Shown: positions 1 to 10,308, counted from the first letter of the stretch. The stretch: 64,000 nt of DNA from Nitrosopumilus sp. (GCA_965205425.1 CBDBGZ010000009.1:512001-576000); one strand, 5' to 3'. The notes: a model not told the origin generated them from the sequence alone. Made by a program: numbers and translations.

Positions 1-1258
1 TCATCAATCCAAAAAATGCACCATTAGGATCTAATGCAGGAAGTAGTGTTCCATTAATTGCATTTAATGAATCATCAATGTTTGTATAGTTATTTTCAAT
101 AACTCCATAAACATCTAAAACCCGTGCACCAAAAGTTCCCGCACTATAATCATTTTTTCCATCATCATTAGAATCAAAAACCAGAAACTCATTTCCACTA
201 CCTAATACAATTGGTTTTTCATCAGTAAAATCAAAATCATAGTTTGGTTCTTCTCCAGGTTTTAAATCAAATCTAGTGTAATCCTTCCATGAAGTACTAA
301 GATCTGGAATTAGTGTATCGTACACTCCAGGTTGAAATGAGTCAACTAAAAGTACGGGTACAACTTGAATTCTTGCATATGGACCTTGTAAACCACCTTG
401 ATATATCACACCAACGTGGTACACACCGCTTTTTGATTTAATATAATTTCTATTGTCATCTCCAATTTTCATGTCATTTGATAATGTACCATTGAAAATG
501 ACTGCGTTTCCAATCTGTGGAAAAAATGAATTGTAAATTGGAATTTTACTTCCTTTTCCATCTTGAGATAAATCAAGAAATACACCATCTCTTGAAACAT
601 ATGCAGATGATGTCATGTGTGAAGGAATCGGTTTACTGTAATTTCTAATAATTTCATTGTCATCAATGTATGCAAAAAAAGTTGCATTGGTTAGAATAAT
701 TCCCTGTCCATCAGGATCAAGCATTATTGGATGATTGATTTTATCACGTGCAAGAGAATGTTGAATGTCAGGATTTGAAAAATCAACTCCAGTATCTACA
801 ATTGCAATAACAGTGCCATTTCCAGATGCATTATATTTCGTTTTAGCTAAACTAGAACCAGTAATTTCACCAATTCTTGATGCATCTTGAAATTCTTCAT
901 TTGAATTATGAAAATCTAATTTGAAATCTTCAATCACATGATAACCTTGAGAAATTAGATTAGATGCAGATTTTTCAGAAAGCACAGAAACTGAAAAAAA
1001 ACCAGCATCAGATTGAATTTGATACAATGAGTTGAGTTTTAAAGAATCATTTTCAGATAAATTATTTCCAAAAATTAAATACCGTTTGAAATCATTTTCA
1101 CTAAAGAAATTTGAATCAACATCAATGATATCTGAATTAAAAATTAGTGGATTTTGAATATCATCCTCATAAATTGATTCTTTTGGAACAAATCCATATG
1201 AATTTGTTAATGTGGATGAAAATAAAATTATGACAAAGAAAATAGCCGCTTTGGGCAT
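1..1258 (-). CDS. Secreted S8 (subtilisin-like) serine protease, N-terminal part (runs off window start)
   Basis: Not in the ORF track; read manually. ATG at 1258 gives a signal peptide (MPKAAIFFVIILFSSTLTNSYG). Subtilase catalytic-Asp motif ASGNGTVIAIVDTGVDF at about 780-830. Confidence 0.85.
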   Translation of the reverse strand, partial: MPKAAIFFVIILFSSTLTNSYGFVPKESIYEDDIQNPLIFNSDIIDVDSNFFSENDFKRYLIFGNNLSENDSLKLNSLYQIQSDAGFFSVSVLSEKSASNLISQGYHVIEDFKLDFHNSNEEFQDASRIGEITGSSLAKTKYNASGNGTVIAIVDTGVDFSNPDIQHSLARDKINHPIMLDPDGQGIILTNATFFAYIDDNEIIRNYSKPIPSHMTSSAYVSRDGVFLDLSQDGKGSKIPIYNSFFPQIGNAVIFNGTLSNDMKIGDDNRNYIKSKSGVYHVGVIYQGGLQGPYARIQVVPVLLVDSFQPGVYDTLIPDLSTSWKDYTRFDLKPGEEPNYDFDFTDEKPIVLGSGNEFLVFDSNDDGKNDYSAGTFGARVLDVYGVIENNYTNIDDSLNAINGTLLPALDPNGAFFGLM

Positions 1259-1289
1259 TAATTAAATTGAGTTTATTGTATTATTATAA

Positions 1290-2285
1290 CTATCTTCCTC
1301 GTGCAAGAATAGCAATTTGTAATGCAACAATAATTCCTATAGATGCAATAATTGGAAATAGTAATGAGTTGAGTTGCGATGATGCTTCACTGATGAATTC
1401 AACAGAATTGGTAATTGTTCCTGTACTTTCATCAATTTTGTTACTTGCTATCTCCAATGTGGAATCAAATCCTGCAATTTCAGACTTTAATGTATCGAGT
1501 TCATCAGAGGTGTTCTTTAAAATAGAATTTAATTTGATTATTTGTTCAGAAATTCCCCCTAGATCTTGACTTAGAACATTTGTTGCTGCAGAACCATGAG
1601 ATGTGGTTCCTTGACTAAATGCAACTACATGAAATACATGGGTTCCTTCTTCAATTGGGGTATAATCTACATAATACAATCCTTGATGTAATGTCTTAAA
1701 TGAATTAGATAGCGGTACAGAAATTCCCGAAGGTAAATGAACATGAGTAGTACCCAATAATTCAGAGGGTTGATTTCCAATTAAAAGACCATCACTAGTT
1801 GTTTGGACAAATACCCGTATTGGTTGACTTATTGCTGCAGTTTCAGGAGCAAAAACCAAAGTGTTTACAAATCTTTCAACAGTTACATCAAGCAATTCAG
1901 TTGTAGATGAAAATTTTACATCTGTTGTTTTAGATATGCCTTGCTGCGTACTAATTAATTTGACAGTGTATGTTCCATAAGGGAAATTTGATGATGGTTC
2001 TGGCCAAGTTAATAAATTAAAATTAAAAGAACCAGTCTCATCAGTAGTTATTTGATGAAATTTTGCAATTGTTTCATCTGGTGCAAATAATTGTATTGCC
2101 AGATTTTCTTCAGGTAATCCTTGACCATAAATTTGTAAACTATGTGCAGGGGCATAGACTTTGCTGTTTGTAGATAGTTCAAGTCCTGTAAAAGGTTCAT
2201 AAGAATCTGCTTGTTGTGAAAAAGAATCAGTGACGTTTACAAGTAAAAAAACAATCAAAACAGAAAATAAAATTTGAAATTTCAT
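1290..2285 (-). CDS. Exported, C-terminally membrane-anchored protein (beta domains + coiled coil + TM helix); SlaB-like candidate
   Basis: N-terminal signal peptide, beta-rich middle, heptad-like helical stretch (ISEQIIKLNSILKNTSDELDTLKSEI), and hydrophobic C-terminal helix LLFPIIASIGIIVALQIAILARGR. Confidence 0.7.
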   Translation of the reverse strand: MKFQILFSVLIVFLLVNVTDSFSQQADSYEPFTGLELSTNSKVYAPAHSLQIYGQGLPEENLAIQLFAPDETIAKFHQITTDETGSFNFNLLTWPEPSSNFPYGTYTVKLISTQQGISKTTDVKFSSTTELLDVTVERFVNTLVFAPETAAISQPIRVFVQTTSDGLLIGNQPSELLGTTHVHLPSGISVPLSNSFKTLHQGLYYVDYTPIEEGTHVFHVVAFSQGTTSHGSAATNVLSQDLGGISEQIIKLNSILKNTSDELDTLKSEIAGFDSTLEIASNKIDESTGTITNSVEFISEASSQLNSLLFPIIASIGIIVALQIAILARGR

Positions 2286-2359
2286 TTTAACTAATTGTCA
2301 ATGTTCTCCTAGATATTACTTGTGAAAAAATTGTGCATAACTTACGTTAAGAGGTATTC

Positions 2360-2374
2360 AAAAAAAAGAAAAAA
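2360..2374 (-). terminator. U-rich archaeal terminator of the S-layer gene
   Basis: TTTTTTCTTTTTTTT on the minus strand, 12 nt after the slaA stop codon. Confidence 0.55.
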
Positions 2375-2386
2375 GGGTAATTTGAA

Positions 2387-5300
2387 CTAGTTTACGCTTA
2401 CAGTTGTAGTAACTGGTGGTGATAATGCCGTTGGATTATCGACAGATTCCCATACAAATGCAGTTGCTGTGTAAGTTCCTGCGTCTGTTGGAATCCATGA
2501 TAATGCTGGGCTGAATGATTGACCAGCAGATAGTGAACCTGTAATCCATGCTAGTGAGACTGTAACACCGTTACCATCTTGAATCTGTACCAAGTATGCG
2601 AATGATTGCTCTCTATCTTGACCATTTGCTAAGTCAGCGCTGATTTGCACCTGTTGATCAACAGAAACAGCATCTAAGCTGTTACCGAAGGCATCAACTG
2701 TTCTCAAGTTAGCAGCTGGTGCTCTCTCGAGAGGTGGTACAACAGTACCGATTAGTGAAGTGGCAGTGATATCAAGTTCATCTGCAGTTGTGTACGGATC
2801 TGGTAATGTATTGTCCTCATATTCTGCGGTGACAGTGTCACCTTCTGCGACTCTGAGTCTGTGACCAGATGATTCGTCAGTAATTGTAAAGAATACAGTA
2901 CCTTCGAAAATTCCGGTTGCCTCATTAGTCTCAGTTACAGTAAGGTCAATACCTCCGGCATCGGAGTCAGACCACACATCGACATCGAAGTTGTCGACTG
3001 CTTCTGGATTTAAGTTCATGTCTGGATCAATTATTCTTACAACACCTGTTCCGCTTGCTGGATAACTGGCTTCTAACCATTGTACTTCACCGATGTTCCA
3101 TCTGACAAGTGCTGAACCGACTACAGTTTCATCCTCTGAGAATTCAAAGGAGACTGTAATACCGTCATCGTCATCAGTTGGTAGCAGTCCATCAGTTGGA
3201 CCTGCGCCATCAGCAGAAATTGCACCTGAAGCATCGCCTTCAGTACCATCGCCATCTGCATCATGTGATGTAAATCCAGTAAGGATTACTTCGCCTGTGA
3301 AGATGCCTGTGTCGGTTCCAGTTTCAACGAGTTTATAGTTATCAAGGTCGAATCCTCTTGTTGAGACCTTTATTGGGTCATCACCAGAATCTCCTACCTC
3401 GTCAACTAGATCACCGTCAAAGTTGTGATCTGGAGCGACTACGGTAATGTAGACTTTGTCAGTCCAAGTGTATACTTTTTGGTCGAGCTCGACAGTTGCA
3501 CCGAAGTTTGATGTGAAGACTGTGATGTTTACATCTTCATCTTCATCACCTACATAATCTGAACCGGATGGACCCCAATCAGTGTACTCTAAGATGATTT
3601 CTTCGCCTCTTTCAAGGTTGTCTCCATCTAAAGCATCAGGAATCTCGATAACAATCTGGAAGATACCAGTACTGTCACCTGTTTCTCTGAAATCTGTTGG
3701 TTCTGGGTCAAATGCTGCAGTAACTGAACCATTAGTGGCTTCATCGCCCATGGTAGTAGTTTCTGCATCAGAGTCCCATTCAATTAAGTCCAAGTCATAA
3801 GTCTCAGCACTATCATTGTCTAGATCGAAGTCTGGCTCAATGAGTGTTAAGATCATGTCAGAACCGATAATGTATACGGATTTGTCGGATTGTAATACAC
3901 CGTTTCTTAGGTCAAAGGTAGCAGAATCAGTTACGGTGTTAACATCACCAGATGCATCAGCTGGGTCTGTGTATTCTACTTGGAGAATATCTCCTTGTAG
4001 GATACAGAAGTCCTCACCTGAATAATTGGCTGCTACATCGAATCTATCTTCTGTGTTACCTAAAGCATCATTATCGTTGTCTTCTAATTCCTCATAAATT
4101 GAACTATTTGGACAAGTTGAGCTTGCTGGACCGTCAGTGAATTTTACAGTTATATCAGCTTCGTAAATACCTGCATCTGGTGCGATTTCATTAATCGGAC
4201 CAAAGTTTCTAATATCACCAGGGGTGGTATTATCAGCACCGACATCGATTAATCCTGATACTGCAGTTGAACCTGCATATCCGAGGATTACCTCATCAGA
4301 ACCTCTTATTACGGAGATTTTGACTGGGCCGAAACCGGTTGTTGATGGTTGGTCGATTGAATCTTCACCAGATGGGTTTACGTCAAAGTCTGGATCATTT
4401 ACTCTTACGTGAATAGTTAGATCTCCACTTGGCAATTCTTCCTGTTTACCTGCTGCATTATCTATATTCCCGTCAATTCCAGTTTCGTGGATTGGGAATA
4501 CAGATCTGCCTGCTGGTGCTGCGGAGGCTGCTAAGTCAGATTCAGCTACGGTACCAAATGGTACTGGGTAGACTGTTCTGTCAAGACTTACTGAACCGGT
4601 GTTAGCGCGGACACCTGCAGAATCGCCGACTTCGACGATTTCACCTGAGGCATCTCTAAAGTCAACATAGTTGACTTCAATGTCTAGACCGGTTGTTGTT
4701 ATAATAGCTGTGGTGTCAGTGACAGCACAATATTGTGCTGGGATTTGGAAGTCGCCTATAAATACACCGGTTTCTGCACCTGTTTCAATTAGAGAAAATC
4801 CAGTTGCTGCAAGTCCAGTATCGGTAATATCTGCGGATTTGAAGTCCGCATTACAGTCACTATCAGCGTTAGGAGTTGACCAAATGGCATCATCAAATGT
4901 AACATCTAATAATCTACCAAGTTCACCGAAACTCAATGATTGAGTTTCGACAGAACCAACGGTATCATATGTAGGTACTCCGCTATCAGTAACTACAGTA
5001 AAGATGTCAGTAAGATCAGAGTCTACGTTTAGATCCAAGTCTTCTAGAGTAATAATTACAGTGTCAGCGATCTTGTAAGAGTCTTGATTTAGTGATACAA
5101 CGCCAGAGTGGCTTGGAGCTTCTTCTTGATCAGATACTGGAGTGACTACACCGTCTGAACCTAGGTCTGCATATGAGACTCTTGGTGCATCTTCGTCAGT
5201 TAGATCCTCAATTACAATGAATGAAGGATCATCTGCGATTGGTGTGATACCTGCAAAGGTACGAACGTCCTGTATGTTAAGCTGGTTAACCATGACATAT

Positions 5301-7546
5301 TCAAGTGAACCTTCAAAGGTACTTGTGTTGTCACCTGATTCTTCAGCTTCAATTCTGATAATTTGGTTTGCAAATCTTTCAGAAGATTGCACACCATCAT
5401 CAGTGAAACCGAATGAGAAGAAGTCAGCTACAATAGCTTCTCTATCATCAATACCTGTGACACCATTCATTAGACCTTGACTAGCTGCTTGTGTTCCATC
5501 ATAATCAAATTCAACCAAGAGGCCGAGGTTTTGATTATCTGGATCATATGCATCTGAATCAACGGTAAATAATGCGGCGTCAAGGTCATCTAATGTTACG
5601 TATCCTTGTCCTGTTCCATTTGCTACAAGAGTTACAGCATTGGCGGTTGCGCCAGCTTGTGCTGAATATCCTGGAGTTTCAGATAGAATAGAACTGGTTT
5701 GGTTCAGTAAGAATATACTTACTTCACTTGCACCAAAGGATTCTACATTATAATTGAAGAAGTTGAATGCGACACCGTCGTTGTCAACTGGATCTGGATT
5801 ATTGTTAATTGAATCTCGTAGTTCGGTCATGGTTGTATCAAGATCTACTACGACAATACCAATTTCTGTATCGTCGTTGGCGGTTTGTGAGAGAATTAAT
5901 CTTTCACTGAAATCGTCAACCTCTCCAGTTGATGATGCATTTGTAATGGCAGTTGGTGATAATGTACCTAAGGTGAAGACACTTGTTGAACCAACTGCTA
6001 AATTACCTTCAACACTTGAAGCACCTACGCTTCTAGTAGAGTTGAAAATGTTAACTGTTGGAGTATCAGTTCCTTCGCCAATGGTAAACGGATCACCAGT
6101 GCTTAATGCTGGAATGAGTGTTACATCTGTATTGTCTAAATCTAAGTCTTCATCAACTCTGCTGTTTTTGTTTTGATCACCGTCAACGACGATTACTGGA
6201 ATCTCTTCACCAGAGCTCCATTCATCATCAACTGGTACGATGTCAATACTTGCAAAGTCGAATCCCACAAGAACAGTTATGGGTGTTTCATTATAATCAA
6301 CAGATGCCGAGGTTCCCCTATTTGCATCAGTTGTTATTTTTAGTACTGATAAATCAGATTCATCATATGTACCAAAGACACCACTGTTTGGACCTTGTTC
6401 GGTAATTGTTACAGGAACGGATCCAGTACCTAATTGATTTGTTGCAGCTGACACACCAAATGCTGTTGCATCGTCTGGTGTTGAACCTGCATCAAGTTGG
6501 TCTAGCATGGAATCACCGTTATCCTGGATGGTTAGCACTGGGGCTGTTGAGCCTTGCACGTTAGTATCAATAAGCAAATTACAGTTATCTTCACACATTA
6601 GTGCGGATAATGAATTTGAAATATTGATTGCTGCACCACCGGACTCACCGTTTTCATCGAATACTTGGTAATGCGGACCAACAGATATACTGTTGTCTGC
6701 GTTTGTACCAAATGTCCAAGAGTCCTCATCAGTTGGGTCAATGTTTAACCACAAGTCAGTAATTGTTGCATGGACTTGTGCTCCATTTGGATAGACAGCT
6801 CTATCTAAACTTGAACCAGCAAATTGATCAACAGTATCAAAAGTTAATGTGGTTGATTGAGCACCACCACCTTTGTTGTACTGTACGACAACATTACCAG
6901 TTGGGTTTAGTTCATAGAGTTGGATAATTGGATAGTATGTTGGATCCATACCAATTTGTCCACTTACGCCTGTTCCATTCGAGATATCTTTTGCTTCTCT
7001 TACTACATTGTTAGCATTGGTTGCACCACTTGCGTGAGCTAGTGTACCACATGCTTCAGGAGTTTCAGTACCATCAACACCAACACCGGCATCGTTTACG
7101 GCGATTGCAATGGTTTCGGTAAAATCGACAGTACCTGTATTAGAACCAACTGTAGTATGTGAGTTACAGAAAGTACCAAAGTCTAAACCATCAGTATCAG
7201 TAGTTGTTGTACTGTCTGCGATTTGGGCTTGGGTAACATCTGCAAAGTAACCATACCAGTTACCGTCAACAGCTTGAACCATTCTCAGATCCTTACCATT
7301 AACAGTGACGTCTGGTTCACCTTTTGCCTCATCTGTATCATTGATATCTGAATCAATTATGACTACCTCAATTACTTGAGGACCTGACATGTAATTGTCA
7401 AACTGTGAGTTTTCTGCGGAAACAAATAGGTTTGCGTTGGCTGCAAATGCTGGTTCCATTCCTGGAATTGCAAATGTCATACCACCGGCAAACATAATTG
7501 TCATTAATGTAAGACTAGTTATTTTACGTCCTATTTCGTTATTCAT
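2387..7546 (-). CDS. slaA: Major S-layer protein (thaumarchaeal SlaA type)
   Basis: 1719 aa, extremely Asp/Glu-rich. Signal peptide MNNEIGRKITSLTLMTIMF, repeated ETGxxTGIFxG Ig-like modules, C-terminal AWITGSL..QSFSPALSW domain. GC and codon usage differ visibly from the neighbours, as expected for a highly expressed gene. Confidence 0.9.
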   Translation of the reverse strand: MNNEIGRKITSLTLMTIMFAGGMTFAIPGMEPAFAANANLFVSAENSQFDNYMSGPQVIEVVIIDSDINDTDEAKGEPDVTVNGKDLRMVQAVDGNWYGYFADVTQAQIADSTTTTDTDGLDFGTFCNSHTTVGSNTGTVDFTETIAIAVNDAGVGVDGTETPEACGTLAHASGATNANNVVREAKDISNGTGVSGQIGMDPTYYPIIQLYELNPTGNVVVQYNKGGGAQSTTLTFDTVDQFAGSSLDRAVYPNGAQVHATITDLWLNIDPTDEDSWTFGTNADNSISVGPHYQVFDENGESGGAAINISNSLSALMCEDNCNLLIDTNVQGSTAPVLTIQDNGDSMLDQLDAGSTPDDATAFGVSAATNQLGTGSVPVTITEQGPNSGVFGTYDESDLSVLKITTDANRGTSASVDYNETPITVLVGFDFASIDIVPVDDEWSSGEEIPVIVVDGDQNKNSRVDEDLDLDNTDVTLIPALSTGDPFTIGEGTDTPTVNIFNSTRSVGASSVEGNLAVGSTSVFTLGTLSPTAITNASSTGEVDDFSERLILSQTANDDTEIGIVVVDLDTTMTELRDSINNNPDPVDNDGVAFNFFNYNVESFGASEVSIFLLNQTSSILSETPGYSAQAGATANAVTLVANGTGQGYVTLDDLDAALFTVDSDAYDPDNQNLGLLVEFDYDGTQAASQGLMNGVTGIDDREAIVADFFSFGFTDDGVQSSERFANQIIRIEAEESGDNTSTFEGSLEYVMVNQLNIQDVRTFAGITPIADDPSFIVIEDLTDEDAPRVSYADLGSDGVVTPVSDQEEAPSHSGVVSLNQDSYKIADTVIITLEDLDLNVDSDLTDIFTVVTDSGVPTYDTVGSVETQSLSFGELGRLLDVTFDDAIWSTPNADSDCNADFKSADITDTGLAATGFSLIETGAETGVFIGDFQIPAQYCAVTDTTAIITTTGLDIEVNYVDFRDASGEIVEVGDSAGVRANTGSVSLDRTVYPVPFGTVAESDLAASAAPAGRSVFPIHETGIDGNIDNAAGKQEELPSGDLTIHVRVNDPDFDVNPSGEDSIDQPSTTGFGPVKISVIRGSDEVILGYAGSTAVSGLIDVGADNTTPGDIRNFGPINEIAPDAGIYEADITVKFTDGPASSTCPNSSIYEELEDNDNDALGNTEDRFDVAANYSGEDFCILQGDILQVEYTDPADASGDVNTVTDSATFDLRNGVLQSDKSVYIIGSDMILTLIEPDFDLDNDSAETYDLDLIEWDSDAETTTMGDEATNGSVTAAFDPEPTDFRETGDSTGIFQIVIEIPDALDGDNLERGEEIILEYTDWGPSGSDYVGDEDEDVNITVFTSNFGATVELDQKVYTWTDKVYITVVAPDHNFDGDLVDEVGDSGDDPIKVSTRGFDLDNYKLVETGTDTGIFTGEVILTGFTSHDADGDGTEGDASGAISADGAGPTDGLLPTDDDDGITVSFEFSEDETVVGSALVRWNIGEVQWLEASYPASGTGVVRIIDPDMNLNPEAVDNFDVDVWSDSDAGGIDLTVTETNEATGIFEGTVFFTITDESSGHRLRVAEGDTVTAEYEDNTLPDPYTTADELDITATSLIGTVVPPLERAPAANLRTVDAFGNSLDAVSVDQQVQISADLANGQDREQSFAYLVQIQDGNGVTVSLAWITGSLSAGQSFSPALSWIPTDAGTYTATAFVWESVDNPTALSPPVTTTVSVN

Positions 7547-7573
7547 GTTATTGATAATTTTCTTAAAAATTAG

Positions 7574-7601
7574 TATAAAAGTCTAATGGACAAATTGTCC
7601 A
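7574..7601 (-). promoter_or_regulatory. slaA promoter: TATA box plus adjacent 7-1-7 palindrome
   Basis: TTTTATA (minus strand, 7574-7580) lies about 28 nt before the ATG, the leaderless spacing. Perfect palindrome TGGACAA-A-TTGTCCA at 7587-7601. Confidence 0.55.
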
Positions 7602-7762
7602 CAATTATCACATTTTTTATAAATATTTTAGTAAAAATCAAACATTATTGTAATTTCTAGATAGTTTGATCATAATAATCATAGTTTACCTCATTAAACA
7701 GTAAATGATCGACAGATTTTTGATGTTTTATGTATGATTTATGAAATTTTTGTAGCCTATTT

Positions 7763-9094
7763 TTATGCCTTGATCTCTTGTCCTAGTAGAGTTTTGTATA
7801 ATGAAATAGCATCAGACTCGTCCTTTGGTCCTACAACAACTGCAGAACCTTTTTTCATGAAACTTACAGATAATTCATTTGTTCTCAAAGATAATCCCAA
7901 GTCTCCTTGATTATCAATTGTGAATCCTTTTTCTTTTCCAATTGCAGTAACACCACCAACATCAAGATCAAATGTTTGTGTTGGAGTAATAGAATAAGTT
8001 CTCTTACCGCGATTACGTCCACACAATTCTTCTAAAATTAATTCTTCTTTTTGTACAACTTCAAGTTTTCCTGTTCCACATATTGGACATTCTTCAGCTC
8101 TAAATGTTCTAGTACTATTGAAATCAAGATTTTCTAAATCAATATGTAAAATTCTTTCAGAAAGATTAGGGGTTTTTCCAGTAATTATTTTAACAGCTTC
8201 TGCAACTTCAATTGCACCAACAATAGAAAGTATTGGTGGATGAACTCCTTCAATGCTACATGTCGGCATTGTATCTTCATCTAATTCAGGAAACATGCAA
8301 AAGTAACATGCAGATTTTTTTGGTAAAACAGTAAAGGCTTGTCCAGATGTTCCAACTGCAGCTCCTGTAACAAAGGGGATCTCAAAGTTAACACATGCTT
8401 TGTTTAGTGCATATCTTGCATTGACACTGTCAAGTGCATCAATAACAACATCACAGCCTTCAACAACTTCCAATGCAGTATAATCATTTACAGATATAGC
8501 TAGAGCTTCAATTTTACAATCAGGATTTAGTTTCTGTAATTTTTTTGCAGCTACTTCTACTTTGACTTGTCCTACATCATCTTCATCAAACATCATTTGT
8601 CTATGTAAGTTTGATAATTCAATTACGTCTCTATCAACAATGCGTAATGTTCCAATACCCATTGTAGCTAGTCTAGAAATAATAGGATGCCCCAAACCAC
8701 CAGTTCCAACAACACAAACTTTGGCATTTTTTAATTTTAATTGTCCACCATATCCAATTTCTTCTAACATTACTTGCCTTGAGAATTTATCCAACTCTTT
8801 GGGAGAAAGTTCCTCAGAGCCTCCAGCTACTGCAGGTAAAATGTAAACTTTATCACCATCTTTTAGAATTGTTTGCATTCCATCAGAGAACTTTGCATTC
8901 TTTCCATTGATGTAGATATTTATCAATGAGCGTGGAGTGCCATCACCTTCCAAAACTCTACGCTTAAAGTCATCACCCATAGTTTCTGAAATTTTTGCAA
9001 ATGCATCAGTAAGAGAATCAGCTGAGATCTCAATCTTCTTTTCTCCACCACTTTGATTTAGTACAGATGGAATTGTAAATGTAATATTTGCCAC
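7763..9094 (-). CDS. MoaD/ThiS ubiquitin-like domain fused to a ThiF/MoeB E1-like adenylyltransferase
   Basis: N-terminal beta-grasp domain ending ILPAVAGG, then FSRQ, VVGTGGLG, DRDVIELSNLHRQ, CYFC and CPIC Zn motifs. Confidence 0.9.
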   Translation of the reverse strand: MANITFTIPSVLNQSGGEKKIEISADSLTDAFAKISETMGDDFKRRVLEGDGTPRSLINIYINGKNAKFSDGMQTILKDGDKVYILPAVAGGSEELSPKELDKFSRQVMLEEIGYGGQLKLKNAKVCVVGTGGLGHPIISRLATMGIGTLRIVDRDVIELSNLHRQMMFDEDDVGQVKVEVAAKKLQKLNPDCKIEALAISVNDYTALEVVEGCDVVIDALDSVNARYALNKACVNFEIPFVTGAAVGTSGQAFTVLPKKSACYFCMFPELDEDTMPTCSIEGVHPPILSIVGAIEVAEAVKIITGKTPNLSERILHIDLENLDFNSTRTFRAEECPICGTGKLEVVQKEELILEELCGRNRGKRTYSITPTQTFDLDVGGVTAIGKEKGFTIDNQGDLGLSLRTNELSVSFMKKGSAVVVGPKDESDAISLYKTLLGQEIKA

Positions 9095-10308
9095 TAGTTA
9101 ACTACCGCCGATATTTCTCCAACATCTGCCTTCATTACAGTTGGTTTTTCTAAAACTTCCATGATAGATTCAGTTGCTTTTAATCCATTACCAGTAACAT
9201 AGCATACTACTTTGTCATTTGCATCAATTTTTCCTTGTTCAACCATTTTTTGTAGAACAGATATAGAAACTCCACCAGCAGGTTCTGTAAATATTCCTTC
9301 AGTTTGAGCAAGAAGCAAAATTGCATCAAGTATTTCTTTATTGTTTGACTCTTCTGCAAATCCATTATATTGTTGTAAACGCTTCAAAACATATCTACCA
9401 TCTCCAGGATCACCAATTGCTAAACTCTTTGCAACAGTGTCAGGATGCTCAACTGGAATTACCTCTTTACTGTTTTTCTTAAATGCATCAACAATTGGGG
9501 CACAACCATGTGGTTGAGCTGCAATCATGTGCATGTTTGAAACATCATCAAGTAATGAAACTGTTTGTAGTTCTTCAAATCCTTTACAAATTGCATTAAG
9601 CATGGCACCACTTCCAACAGGAACTATAAGTTGATCAGGGACTTGCCAGTCAAGTTGTTCTGCAACTTCAAATGAAAATGTTTTAGAACCTTCAACATAA
9701 TGTGAACGCATGTTAATATTCACTACACCAATTCCTTTACTATCACCTATTTGTGCAGCTATTGTGTTTGCATCATCATATGTTCCATCAACTGCAATGT
9801 AATTTGCACCATAAGATAGTGCTTGTGCTATTTTTGCCATTTCAATATTACTTGGTGCAAATACATGACATGGTAATCCAGCTTTAGCTGCATGTGCTGC
9901 AGTTGCAGATGCCAAATTTCCAGTTGATGCACAACCAACAGCTGACAATCCAAATTCTTTTGCTTTTGATATTGCGACTCCAGCCGGCCTGTCTTTGAAT
10001 GAAAATGTGGGATTTACAGAATCATTTTTGATGTAAAGATTGTTTAATCCTAATTTTTTTCCAAGATTATCAGCTTTGATAAGAGGAGTCATCCCTGCAC
10101 CAATACTAACAATGTTTGATTTTTCTTCTATTGGTAATAATTCAAAATATCTCCAATAGGTATGCTCACGATTAGAAAATGTCTCTTTTGTAATTGTAGG
10201 AAAATTATATTTTACATCAAGTGGTCCAAAACACTCATCGCAAATGTACTTGAAAGCAGTATCGTATTCTTTTTTACATTCTCTACATTGTAATGAAGTT
10301 CTAGTCAA
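9094..10308 (-). CDS. thrC: Threonine synthase (PLP fold II)
   Basis: NPTFSFKDR PLP-lysine motif, ASTGN, VPVGSG, EPAGG, TGNGLK, and an N-terminal CxxC..CxxC. TTG at 10308 is the likely start (ORF track extends to 10332). Confidence 0.85.
   Translation of the reverse strand: MTRTSLQCRECKKEYDTAFKYICDECFGPLDVKYNFPTITKETFSNREHTYWRYFELLPIEEKSNIVSIGAGMTPLIKADNLGKKLGLNNLYIKNDSVNPTFSFKDRPAGVAISKAKEFGLSAVGCASTGNLASATAAHAAKAGLPCHVFAPSNIEMAKIAQALSYGANYIAVDGTYDDANTIAAQIGDSKGIGVVNINMRSHYVEGSKTFSFEVAEQLDWQVPDQLIVPVGSGAMLNAICKGFEELQTVSLLDDVSNMHMIAAQPHGCAPIVDAFKKNSKEVIPVEHPDTVAKSLAIGDPGDGRYVLKRLQQYNGFAEESNNKEILDAILLLAQTEGIFTEPAGGVSISVLQKMVEQGKIDANDKVVCYVTGNGLKATESIMEVLEKPTVMKADVGEISAVVN

Noticed and set aside
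1290..2285. Methyl-accepting chemotaxis protein
   Set aside because: The coiled coil is short and on the extracellular side of a C-terminal TM helix, with no MCP signalling hairpin motif.
3093..6405. Many plus-strand ORFs (62-140 aa) inside slaA
   Set aside because: Antisense shadows caused by the codon bias of slaA; Ser/Pro/Val-rich with no motifs.
2387..7546. Higher GC of slaA as a sign of horizontal transfer
   Set aside because: Better explained by high-expression codon usage and amino-acid composition; no mobility signatures.
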